64,000 nucleotides of DNA from Octopus vulgaris (taxonomy: Eukaryota): the NCBI GenBank assembly GCA_951406725.2, contig OX597815.1, positions 118,420,001-118,484,000 on the forward strand, in the 5' to 3' direction. Shown here one piece after another: positions 52,165 to 64,000 of this stretch (its first letter is position 1; each line of letters opens with the position of its first letter). The notes under the pieces were generated by a model. That model was not told the origin of the DNA. It did not search any database and worked only from the letters and a program-made list of their open reading frames with translations. Both the position numbers and the translations under genes were made by a program.

Positions 52165-54130
52165 TCATTTAAAATATTTTAGAGTCTTCAATTTAGCGTG
52201 GACACAAACTTGACCTACTTCAATATGGTTATTTAACAAACCTCTATTTTTTCTATGCCTTAGAATTTCATAGGTCTCCATGGAGCAGAGTTGGCAACCA
52301 ACCCTGTTATTTTTATACGGCATTGCTCTCCTAACTATTTCCCAATTAAGGTTATAATTCCTGTTATTATTTTTGAGTTCCCAGATCTTACTTGAAAGTG
52401 TGGTGGTACCAGCTTTATGACGTAATTTAAAAGATGAGACGTGATTTCTAACTCTGTCTTTAAAATTTATCGTACAACCAATGTAAAAGAATTTGTTATT
52501 CTCAGTAGATATGGTACATTTATAGATTACGTTATTTTCCCCCGCATAGACCAGGTGCCGGGCATTTTGACTTAATTCTACACTTACACGCAGGAGGAAC
52601 AACTTCAGATGTTGGATTATTCATGGGTAGATGTCTTATGTTCCTGTTATTTTGATTATCATGAGTATAATTATCTTTATTATTATTATTATTTTTATAG
52701 TTGGTGCTGCTATCTAAAGCATTGTTATTATTTATTGATCCTTCTGCTCCATCTTTAGGTCCAAAGTCCTACCATGATTATTTACATTATTGGTAATGTT
52801 ACTATTATTGCTAGTATTTTTATCAAACTGTATATTGTTGTTATAGATATCACTGATATTTTCATTCTCTGTATTTTCTCTATTAGCCTTACTTCTATTA
52901 TTAACATTATTACTTCTATTAATATCGATATTATTATTACTCCTATTATTGTTAATATTATTATTAGTCATTCTGTGGTTACTGATTCCATCCATGTTTT
53001 GATAGTTACTATTGTTGCGTTTATTGTTGGTAGTATTATTATAATTGTTATTGGTATTCATGTTGGTATTATTATTTTTATTTTTATCTTTCCTGGCTAG
53101 CTTAATGTTGTTATTATTAATCTTAGCTATTAAAGTGGACATATTTGGGAGGGTTGAATAAGAAATCCTAACTGTTTTCTTAGAAATAATTCTATGATAT
53201 CTATGAGAGATTGGGAAATTTTTTTCTAGAATTACTTTGAATTTGCTCTGTATATCCGATTGAATCGCACAGTTGAAAGGAATATTCAGCCATATTATAT
53301 CTTTCTTATTAAATTTCCTTGAATTAGAATCAGGGTTCGTAGAATTATTACTATTCATCTCATCAAAGTCATTGTACTTATTACTATTATTTGTGTGAAT
53401 CTTTGATTTATCTAATTCGATTTTATCCGAATTACCTATGCTTTGGTCTTTTCTTCTATTTGAATTATTGGGCTTGTACGCTAGATTTGCGGTTACCGTG
53501 AATCTACTTCTACTTCTATTTCGGGCCTGGTCTATATTGCTGCTTATGTGATTACTGATAACTTCTTTATTAGGAATATGTAAGTTCCCCTTATCAATGA
53601 ATGTAATCTTTTGGTTGTATCCTGCCTTAGTTAACGCCGCATTATAATGCTCAGAATGAGAGTTAAATATATCCTTATTGGATGATAATTTTGAAATTCT
53701 TAATGAAATATTTCTGACTAAAGATTCAATTATATTTGGGGGATGATTGGATAATTTATTTACGTATCTCGTGATTTCGCCTTCTTTTCTAAATGGGTAA
53801 TGCAGCTTGGAGTTAAGGTCTAACGTAATATCTAGGAAGTTAACTATTTTAGTGCCAGGTTCATACGTTATGCCGAGGTTGAAATCCTTAAAGAACTTAT
53901 TAATTTTCTTTCTAATCCTTTCTATACTAGATTTATTATTACTAGGGATAACAAACAGAGCATCATCCCTATATAAACCACCTTGTAGTTCCGGGATATC
54001 CTTACTTATGCATTTTAATAGATACGCGCCTACTAGGTTAGTCACCTCAGCCGAATCACTGGAACCCATGGGTATATCAAAATAATTAGGTGTATCTGCT
54101 CTAGTCCATAACTTATCTTCAAATTCTATT
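52165..54130 (-). pseudogene. PLE polyprotein: RT C-terminal half and thumb, Asn-rich linker, Cys motif, GIY-YIG endonuclease; two compensating frameshifts
   Basis: FDIPMGSSDSAE; LYRDDAL; VNFLDITLDL; YVNKLSNHPP; hidden-frame CKCRIKSKCPAPGLC (52544-52588); VIYKC...YIGCT..FKDR..NH..SF...LSSKIWELK...CQLC..E...CVH. Confidence 0.9.
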
Positions 54131-54440
54131 TGTGGCAAATACCTTATCATATAGCATGAAATGATACCCACCTCATTGTGGATTAACCATGGATAAATTC
54201 ATCGTCTGTGAGTATGAAATTCCTCCTCATATCTCTGGAAATTTACATCTACACTACGGATTAATTCACCTTCTCTGTGAAGCTAATAAGCTTTTTTTAA
54301 AAACCTGTGATAAGACTGTGCATCATCATTAAGGAACTTCGGAAATCTGTTTACAACCTAAATCTGCTTTTAATGAAATTATCTCCAATACTTCATGAGT
54401 ATAGCCTCACCCACTAACATGTTTGGAGAACTCATATGTA

Positions 54441-54531
54441 TTTTAGCTGATGAGTACGGGACACTTTTATCTGCTGCAATTTTTGTAACTTTTAATAAAG
54501 CCTGTCTTTGTATGAAACAATTGTACTAAAA
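54441..54531 (+). ncRNA. type I hammerhead ribozyme in the inverted pLTR
   Basis: TTTTAG-CTGATGA-GTACGGGACA...TGTCTTTGTAT-GAAA-CAATT-GTA-CTAAAA; 6-bp stem I, palindromic ACAATTGT stem III, predicted GUA site at 54525. Confidence 0.82.
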
Positions 54532-54559
54532 ACTAATCCATTCGTGTTGCTTCTTTCTC

Positions 54560-54620
<61 letters not shown>

Positions 54621-54621
<1 letters not shown>

Positions 54622-54812
54622 TAGTCGCCATGATAGATCGTTAGCCACTACACGAATATTTTTCTCTCCTTGTTTTTTCTGTGTCCCTTTCTGTAGAAGA
54701 GCGTAGGTTCGAAACGTAAAAGACTTTTCCTATTCCTGAGCGTTGTACTAATACATGTTTGTTTTGTACACTACCTGTCTTCGTCTTTTGGTTTTTCGTA
54801 AATTCTCCCTAT
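54621..54812 (+). mobile_element. short PLE pLTR-like repeat between (TA)n tracts
   Basis: Similar to the reverse complement of 42113-42330; hammerhead-like motif at 54687-54722. Confidence 0.55.
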
Positions 54813-54815
54813 ATA

Positions 54816-54888
<73 letters not shown>

Positions 54889-54932
54889 TGCCTTTTTATA
54901 ATTTTTCCTTGTATATATATATGTATATATAT

Positions 54933-55059
54933 ATCTTAGTAATCAACTACTTGACAGAGATGGGCATCAAAATCTGCCCTTCACCCTCCCTGCAGTCCAG
55001 ACCTTGCTCTCTGTGAATTTTGGTTGTTTTCCAACCTGAAAGAGAAGATGAAGGACGCT
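54933..55059 (+). pseudogene. mariner transposase fragment
   Basis: YLTEMGIK../HPPCSPDLALCEFWLFSNLKEKM matches the mariner YSPDLAP motif region. Confidence 0.8.
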
Positions 55060-56646
55060 ATGACAAAGGTCCTGGTTACATTCACTTTGAAGGAATTCCA
55101 TGGAGCCTTCACGAAATACAAGTACACTGAACTCAATGGCCACCGGGCCTCCAAGCCTGAATAGGCTTATGCAGCAGACCCAAAAGTGCCGTCTCCATAA
55201 AAGCATCACCCGGGGTGGGTCTTCCTCATTCCTTAGCAACTCTATTGAACTTCGGCCCTCTGAAATTCCCTTCCTGTTCATATCTTTCTTATAGATGTTG
55301 ATATACCAGCCTCTGCTCCTCGGAAACTAGATGGACCCCACTCATCTTTCATCATCCTTGTTACGTCCAACCCCATCAGAAACACATTTATCAATACGTA
55401 GGTCCTCAGGAAGCTCCCCACCAATCCATACTTTTCTCAGATGTTGGCTTGCAAAGGTGCAGTAGAAATAATACATCGTATCAATCTCACCGGTTTAATA
55501 GTACCAGCGAAGTACATGGACACTGCCTCTTCCTCCAGACGCAACAAGGAAATATAAATATTATATGTCAAGGAGCACGTAACTAGTTATGCTCCGATAG
55601 GAACTTTACTTTATTTCAGACATTCCATCTGTCTCAGAATATCTATGTTGATAGAGATATTCAAATGGAGACATATTAGATCTTCTAGCACTACCCCGTA
55701 TACAGACATAAAGAGTAGGGTACGGCATAATTTCACTGGAAGTTATACTCTGTTAAAAGACTGCACAATTTAAGTTGTCTGAAGTTTCTTCACTGGAATA
55801 AATCACATGGCAAATTCTTATATGTATTACCAAAGAAAAATATAGGTCATGGAACTTGATGCAAATAATTTTCAGCATCCTGTAGCGTAGAAAGTAGGTC
55901 AATTTAAGTTGTTTCATGCATCCTTTAAAGAAATAAATAAATAAAAAGGGCGAACAAAAAGAAAATGAAAGAAAGAAATTCTAAATTAGCCGAAAAGACA
56001 AAAAATTGTCCACTTTCAAAATAATAGCAGCCGCATAAAAGTGTATAGCTGTAATATGCAAACCAATTATAAAGAAGTGCGTTTAAATTTAGACGAGTGT
56101 GGGCGCGCTTTTAAGTGTGTCTGTATTTCGATTAGTAGTTGTTTTTATACTAATATGAATATATGTAGGTAGGGAAAGAGTGACAAGAATGTATAACGAG
56201 AAAGCGCTTGGTTTTAACTATGCGAGAATTAAGGTCATTGTTGCCGAAGCAGACTACGACTACCACTGATTTCACTGAAGTTATTTAAAATTAAATACAG
56301 TGATTGAAAATGAAAAAAAAAAAAAAAACGCAATAAAAACATTTTTGAAAACAGAAATTTAGTACTGAATGTTGAGAATAAAAAAAAAAGTAGAAAGAGT
56401 AAAATGAGTGCTAATCGGAAACATTCTCGGAGACAGAGTGTAAACATTCTTAGAAAAACCTGATCTATACTTGAGAGGTGCAAGTCTATGTACAGTCTAG
56501 CTTTCTCATTTTTTATTTAGCTTTTAAATTATTTCTGCTTCTACATGTCTCTTTGTCATCACTTTGTATGTATGTATGTATGTATGTATGTATGTATGTA
56601 TGTATGTATGTATGTATGTATGTATGGATGGATGGATGGATGGATG

Positions 56647-57310
56647 TTATGTCAGGTCACTTTCGAGTGCTACTGGTAACATGTAACCCAGTACAACCTG
56701 TTGCATGGTCGGGCCGTCGGCGTCTAAACCGGCAACCCCACCAAGCTTGCTTGGTGAGGAGGGTGTTTATTGGACACCCTGCGAGATGAAAAACAAAACC
56801 CGTCAAAGGGCGGAGGAACTCTTGAGAGTCAACAGCTATCCAATAAATGTGTATTTTTATTTTTTAAGGCTTAAGACTGTATCATGTGCGGGGACTTAGA
56901 AATAATCGGACTGAATACCCGATCGCGCGGTTAAATCATTGGGAGTGAAGGACTCCTAGCCTTTGTTAGAGCATCAATCTAGGAGAAGGTAACTCAGGTA
57001 ACTGGGATAACTTCGACATAAATCTGCAGCTTAGTGGTTACCGATGATGTTGACTTGTTCTTCTTTTCGGATTATGGCTGCTGTTGCTTAGTGAGTGGGA
57101 TTGACTCAGTGCACAGCCTTTCCTCACTTTAAAACAAATCTTCTTGCACAGGCATTGCATGATAGCAACATTGTTCATGATTGTTGATAGTGCTGTGAGT
57201 CTCAGCTGGCTATAGCCTTAAAAATCAAATAAAAGTCACATTCGATCACAGCACCAATAACAGTTAAGCTTCATGCAATGGCCATACTCGATAACGAGGG
57301 GCAGCCATCA
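56647..57310 (+). mobile_element. ~660-bp non-coding element bounded by (TGTA/TGGA)n
   Basis: Tetranucleotide tracts on both sides; TCTAGGAGAAGGTAACTC resembles an RTE-type 5' region motif. Confidence 0.45.
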
Positions 57311-57580
57311 TGTATGGATGGATGTATGTATGTATTTTTGTACTATGTATGTATGTATGTAGGTATGTATGTATGTAGGTAGGTAGGTAGGTAGGTAGGT
57401 AGGTAGGTAGGTAGGTGGGTGGGTTCTCTTTCTCTTTTTAATTTAGAGTAAATTTTGACCGGTCACTAACTTTGTAGCAAGGCTGTGAAGGAAAGCATCT
57501 TATATTGTTCACCATCCTTTAAATCCTAAGGTTTTGCAGATTTTTAGTCTTATGTATGTATGTATGTATGTATGTATGTA

Positions 57581-57629
<49 letters not shown>

Positions 57630-58399
57630 ACGTACGTATGAATTTATGTATGTATGTATTTATGTGTGTGTGTACGTACGTATGTATTTATGTATGTATG
57701 CATGCATGCATGCATGCATGCATGCATGTATGTATGTATGTATGTATGTATGTATGGATGGATGGATGTATGTATGTATGTGCGCTGATAAGGATATGTT
57801 GGTTAGAAACTCGCTTTGCAGCCAGTTGGTTTCGGGTTCAGTTTCACTACGCGGCATCTTGGGCAAGTGTCTTCTACTATAGCCCCGGACCGAGAAAAGC
57901 CTTATGAATGAATTTTTTTTTTAATGGAAGCTGTGAGGAAGCTCGTCGTATGTGTGTGCTTGTGTTTGTCCCCTCCACCACGACCACCACTTGACAACCG
58001 TTGTTGGTTTGTGATGATGGTGATGGTGATGGAAGTTGTTATCGTAGTGATGGTGATGGTGGTGGTGGTGGTGGTGGTGGTGGTGGCGGCGGCGGGCGGG
58101 GCGGTGGTGGTGTGGTATTAGTGTGGTGTGGTTAATGATGGTGAAGTGGTGTTTGAAATTCTAAAAGAATCTGGACACATGTCAGCAAGTTGAAACTATT
58201 TCATTTTCTGTTTTCATTTAAAATAACACGTTGGAAAATGTGAATTTTCTCTGTGATGTATAAGTTGCAAACATAGGTGAAATGGAAAAGAATAATAATT
58301 TCAATACGCCTAGAGTCTGCAATGAAAATTTCGAAAACACGACCCTCTGATGCATATCAGGTGACAAGCGATGATTTACGCTGTCCACACCATCTAAAG

Positions 58400-58739
58400 C
58401 AGTGGTTCCCAAAATGGGCGGTATTGCCCCCTTGGAGGCAGCGCAAAGTTCCAAGGAGGCGTTGAAAAGTGGGGTGATAATGGAGTAGCGATTCCTAAAA
58501 ATGTGGGCTGATAATGGAGTAACGATTCATAAAAATGTGGGGCAATAATAGAGTAGCAATTCGTGTAAAAACAACAAAACAATGGGTTCGTTAGGTTAGG
58601 TTTTATTTGTGAAATATAGTTGCTTCGAATTTGTTTCAGAAAGAGGTTTATGTTTGTGAAGGTTATTTGGGGTGGGGACGCTAGGAATGTGGTTTGGGTG
58701 TCAAAGGGGCGACAGCCCGAAAAAGTCTGGGAACAACAG
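58400..58739. mobile_element. hAT (Charlie-like) MITE with internal 34-bp tandem x3
   Basis: TIRs CAGTGGTTCCCAAA / TCTGGGAACAACAG; 8-bp TSD ATCTAAAG / ATCTAGAG. Confidence 0.8.
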
Positions 58740-59134
58740 ATCTAGAGTTACAAAATTACTTTCCATTATGCTGGCGTCTACGGTCGACTAACTGAACAAA
58801 ACAACACTTCACAGTTAGGTAGTCTCTGTTCTGACTACCAAATGTTCACTTCTCTCTTGTAAGTTTGTCATGGGCGAGTTGCTTTGGTATGGATATTTAT
58901 TCACACAGACGATATGAAAGGTCCTGTAAACTTGGTTACCTTACAACGTGTATGCATTTATTAGACTTACACTCGTCGGTGCATTTCTATGTCTACGCAA
59001 CGTCGATTAATAAAAAAGACTTTTCATTATAAATTTGTCTGTGTGGTTTTATCCGTCTGAAATTTCTAGCAACTCAACACCTGTGCTCACTCCTCAATCA
59101 ATAGGCCCTATACATCTATAGATAGAAACGCACA

Positions 59135-59205
<71 letters not shown>

Positions 59206-60359
59206 GTGATCTTTCTGTCAAACTTATTTGCCATGTTTATGCTTACCTTGAGATTAAATACAAGTTTGCACTTGTACTATAAGTAGACATACCACACAGG
59301 TTTTTCTTTTTTATGCGCACATGCTTGTACGCTTATATGTATGCATACACACATCTCGCCACACACAAAATGAACTACATCTAGGTTCGTTCACAGTCAC
59401 ATACCTTCCATGAAAAGAAAGAAAAAAGAAATAGCGATAATTGTTGTTAATTTAGGCGCAAGACCAGCATCTTGAGAGAAGGAGTAAGTCGATATCCCCA
59501 ACCCCAATACTTGACCGGGCTTTCTTACGAGTTCGAATATGCCTATTTCTTTATTACCCACAAGGGGCTAAACATAGAGGGGACAAACAAGGACAGACAT
59601 AGGTATTAAGTCGATTGCATCGACCCCAGTGCGTAACTGGTACTTGATTTATCGACCCCGAAAGGATGAAAGGCAAAGTCGACCTCGGCGATACCTCAAG
59701 TATATTGAGCTAGTAACAAGTTTATATTTATATACATCACTCCTTAGTGCTTCTAATCATATTTCCTTGATCATCGAGGATAAAAGTTAACCTCAGCGGG
59801 ATTTGAACGTAAGAAAACAGGGGTGATGTTGCAAGACATTTTATCCTATGAGCCAACTATTCTGCTAATGCGTAAATAACCTTCAGAAGGAATAGTAACA
59901 AGAAAATATATAAATAAATATACAATAAAAACGAGGAAAAAGCAAACGAATTGAATTCTAAAACGACTAACGGGGGTCAGTGTCATAAAGTCAAACAGCT
60001 ACGAATCAGTAATGCCATAGGTAAAAATGTTAGAATTAGAAAATTAAAAAAACATAGTGAACAGAAATATAATGCAAACCACCTAGGGCTTAGAAAAATA
60101 TTTCCGGCCAGTAAATGATTTTGGAACCACTATCTCTTTCATGCTAGGAAACTTAGCTTTTTCTAGAATGATGACGATGATGATGATGTTGACAGTTTTT
60201 CTAGATAATGCTCATAGTGTCTGGCTCTGGTTTTTGTATCTCATCTTGAATGTGTGCAAGCTTTATTTTTAGCTGTGAGCAGTACTGACCGAAGACATGG
60301 AAACTGCCACGTCTCCGAAACGTACTCAGTACAATTTTAAACTTCACTATGATTGTAAA

Positions 60360-60590
60360 GGTGGAGGCGCGTGGCTTAATGATTAGGGTGTCAGCATCAT
60401 GATCATAAGATTGTGGTTTCGATTCCTGGACCGGGCGACACCTTGTGTTCTTGAGCAAAACACTTCATTTCACGTTGCTCCAGTCCACTCAGCTGGCGAA
60501 AATGAGTAGCACTGCGATGGACTGGCGTCCCACATACACCATTGAAACCGGGAAACCGGCTCGGCTTTAAAAGGGCGCATGTATTTTTAT
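60360..60590 (+). mobile_element. SINE family C with 12-bp TSD
   Basis: TATGATTGTAAA (60348-60359) and TATGACTGTAAA (60591-60602); similar to 17300-17547. Confidence 0.85.
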
Positions 60591-60891
60591 TATGACTGTA
60601 AACTATTTCTTATTCCGGAGTCTCACTCTCTCTCTCCCTGGGTTGCTAGGGTTATTCGTTTTGCGATTTAGTGTTTCAGTGAATCTACCAGCTGTGTGTG
60701 TGTGTGAGAGAGTGTAGAGTGCAGTATAGTCCCACGAGTCTGCAATTAAGGTAAGATATTTCCCACTGGAAATGTAATAAACACATAAGAATCTTGAAAA
60801 ACACACAATAGAACTAAATATCTAAAGAGGAAATGCTAGGTCAAGGAAGTGGAAGTATTTTCTTCATGTGTGTTAGTGTGAACATTTACAG

Positions 60892-60930
<39 letters not shown>

Positions 60931-61201
60931 TATCTATCTATATATCTCTTTCTCTCTCTCTATATATATATATATAGAGAGAGAGAGGGGAGGGAGGGAG
61001 AAAGATACAGTTATATATACATACACACATATACACACACACAGACAATTTAGTTCTAAAACAAGAACTTTCCACTACCTTGACCTTGTAATTCTTCTTT
61101 TTGGATGTTTAGTTCTATTGTATGTTTTTCACACACACACACACACACATATGTATTTATTACTTCTTCTTTTTGTTGTTGTTGTTCTTCTTCTTCTTTT
61201 T

Positions 61202-61275
<74 letters not shown>

Positions 61276-63047
61276 CATTATTATTACTGTATTATGCTTA
61301 TGTTGTGTTATATATAGAAACATACAAAATGATGTGTTGCGTCCTTGGCCGTGATCTGCAAAAACAAATTATATAACTAAATTTAAACTTCTCATTGAAA
61401 ATCTGAAGCCTTATTCATGTTATTTTATGCGCAAGACATATAGCCTATTTCGGAAGCCTACTTGCCAGGCTAGCAATTGATCTAAAGTTGAACATCTAAA
61501 ACTATTGCAATATAGAAGACACGTATTAGCCACTCAAAAACGCATATAAACTGTTAACTTCACTTAAAACGTTCATTATTTGGTGTTAAAATTTTCGACA
61601 TACCAAGTGTAACCTGGTCACTGACATGATTCTACTGCATGCAGTCTTCCATCTAATCCTTGTATACCAATCCATTGTAAGATCATCCATTTGCAACTGA
61701 GTGAACTGGAGCAACGTTAAACAAAGTATTGTCCGGGAATTGAAACCATGATCTTGCGATTGGGAGTGCAGCACACACCTTACCACTAGGCAACGCGTCT
61801 TCACAAATTTATGCTCAAAGAGTCGGACGAAATAGATTTAAGTTCTACTGAGATCAACTTTGCATTTCTTTATTTGGCCTCTGCATATCTACATGTAAAT
61901 CAAACCCACTTCACATTGCATTCGAGAGCACCGGATCTTTTATTAAAATTTCGGGATTCTCTCTTAATTCTGTCTTCTGCCGCTTTTACAAGAAGATGTC
62001 ATTTAGATATTCACTCACTTCCATCGCTAAGGGTGAAATTTTAATTAATTACTACATCAAGATTAATTTTCTCATTTAAGCACAAGATCAGCAGTTTTGA
62101 TTTCAAGATTTTAGTCGATGTCATCGACCCTAGTGTTTGACTGGTACAATGTTTTATCAACCTTGAATGGCTAAAAGGCAAAACTGACTTAGACAGGATT
62201 TGAACTCAGGTAGTAAAGGGCCGGAAAAAATAGTGCAAAGCATGTTCCCTGACGATCTAACAATTCTATCATTTCACCACACTTTACATCAATAAATGAT
62301 GGTATTCACATTACTATTATGATTCAATACGATTCATTTAACAAGCCATTCATTGTTCAGTCACCAAAAAGCCTATATCTGTAGTCGTTCTACGCTCTGT
62401 TTGTCACAATTAGACTATGCTGAACTAATGAGTTCTAATGCGACCTGAACACATAAGCAGACTTATCATTCCCGCTGATAAAGATCAGGTTCGCCGCCCA
62501 ATGCACTGTATATTAATTCATTAAAATATCAAGAACATCTTCTTTGTTTTTGTTTTGCTTGTTTATCTTTTGGTTGTTTGCAAGAATTAGTCGTGTTCTC
62601 GTCACAAAAAGTGTGATGTGAATTCATCGAAATTTCTTACCTCATCACATAAAGTATAGTAGTTCATGAACTGGAAAATAACAATGCAAGGTATATGAAA
62701 ATGAGAAGAGGAAGAAGGAGGAGGAGGAGGACAACGACGCCGACGAAGAGGAGGAAGGATAAGAATGAGGAGGAAAAGAAGAGGAAGAAGTAAACGAATT
62801 AGAAGGAGGTAGATGGTGGTGAGGGAAGTGGGGGAAAACAAAGAAAAAGCAACAGCAGTCAAAGAATAATAATAATAATAAGAAGAAGAAGAAGAAGAAG
62901 AAAAAAAAATGGAGTTATAGGAGAGGAGGTTGGAGAGAGTGAAGCACGAGGAGAAAAAACAAAAGAGCAGGAGGAGGGAGAAAAGTTGATGATGATGATG
63001 ATAACGACGACGATGACAATGGTGATGATAATGAGTGTGTGTGTGTT

Positions 63048-63078
<31 letters not shown>

Positions 63079-63437
63079 AGTGAGAAAGAATGGAATAATG
63101 CCACCTTTGACAAATGAAAGAAGAAAAAGATACTGTTGTCAAGAAAAGATTCAATGAACACGAAGATATGCTAAGATAAATGCTAAGATATATATCATAC
63201 GAAGAAATAGAAAGAGCAGACGACATATCGTGTGACGAAGATACAAAGAAAAATGGTTATTGTATTTGTCGGGTATTTGTGTTTTTAGGTTAATGTAATT
63301 TTTATAATTCAATTTTGACTTTATTTATTTAAGATATTGAAGAAAAATTTGGGGATAACAGAGAAAAGGTAATGTTGGGCCTTAAGAGATACCTGAAGTT
63401 CTCTCTCTCTCTCTTTTTCTGTCTGTCTATCTGTCTG

Positions 63438-63472
<35 letters not shown>

Positions 63473-63850
63473 CACACACACATACACACACGCATACACA
63501 CACAAGCATACATTCTGCAAGCTAAGTCTGTAAGAGAAACTCGTTGGAGATTTTCATCATAGATCTTAAGGCGACTGACAACGTAATATTCAATGTCTGC
63601 ATATATCCATTCTGGGATGGCATCGTGGTGAAACCATCTTGGCGCGGAAATTATCGAATCCACATATCAGTATTAGATGAATATAAAAAGACGTAAAAAT
63701 TTCGATAGTTTGTTATTTTCTTTTTCTTCTTTGTTTTTATTTTATTTGTCTATTTATTTCTGCAAACAACATGATCCTTGAGAAAAAATATTTTGGATGT
63801 AATATTACTATAGAACACTGGAATAAATCTATAAATATATTCTTCTTCTT

Positions 63851-63945
<95 letters not shown>

Positions 63946-64000
63946 GACAGCGAGATGGCTGAATCGTTAGCACGCTGGACTGAATGCTTAGCGGTATTTC

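Larger units (their letters stand above)
50604..54561 (-). mobile_element. Naiad-like Penelope element, 5'-truncated, with inverted pLTR and ~110-nt tail, inserted in (TA)n
   Basis: RT + GIY-YIG ORF; inverted repeat 50717-51146 / 54131-54561; long (TA)n on both flanks. Confidence 0.88.

Noticed and set aside
52165-52620. Selenoprotein-type Naiad (UGA-recoded Cys plus SECIS)
   Set aside because: The conserved Cys codons read TGT/TGC, the breaks are frameshifts rather than in-frame TGA, and I saw no SECIS by eye; a SECIS search would be needed to exclude it fully
54131-54171. N-terminus MGIISCYMIRYLP of the 479-aa ORF
   Set aside because: Lies within the inverted pLTR; a chance in-frame fusion, not a real start
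63427-63663. Possible host exon in unique-looking sequence
   Set aside because: Short ORF, no recognisable homology, no clear acceptor site; needs RNA-seq

Overview
AT-rich, microsatellite-saturated animal genomic DNA with no recognisable host gene exon. The tRNA-derived SINE families suggest an octopus/cephalopod genome (inference). The window is almost entirely layered mobile DNA. (1) A ~4.6-kb near-perfect palindrome (6979-11614) is built from two head-to-head, 5'-truncated copies of a Penelope-like element (PLE). Each copy has a GIY-YIG C-terminus, a microsatellite-filled 3' region and a minimal hammerhead ribozyme with a U3-A8 core variant; one arm has a 36-nt tail. (2) A 2.45-kb, TSD-flanked retroelement encodes only an ORF1/gag protein (HAL1-like) and is related to an adjacent decayed Tx1/L1-type LINE. 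Elements 1 and 2 both sit inside one SINE copy. (3) A Naiad-like PLE (RT + GIY-YIG, 50604-54561) has a 430-bp inverted pLTR containing a hammerhead with AATAAA in loop II. (4) Also present: a full-length decayed piggyBac, RTE-clade LINE pieces, a cluster of R4/Dong-type pieces at (TAA)n, mariner and hAT remnants, nested MITEs, two smaller fold-back duplications, a GC-rich double-hairpin minisatellite and dozens of SINEs. Most ORFs in the supplied track are microsatellite artefacts. All family assignments come from motif recognition by eye, not database searches.
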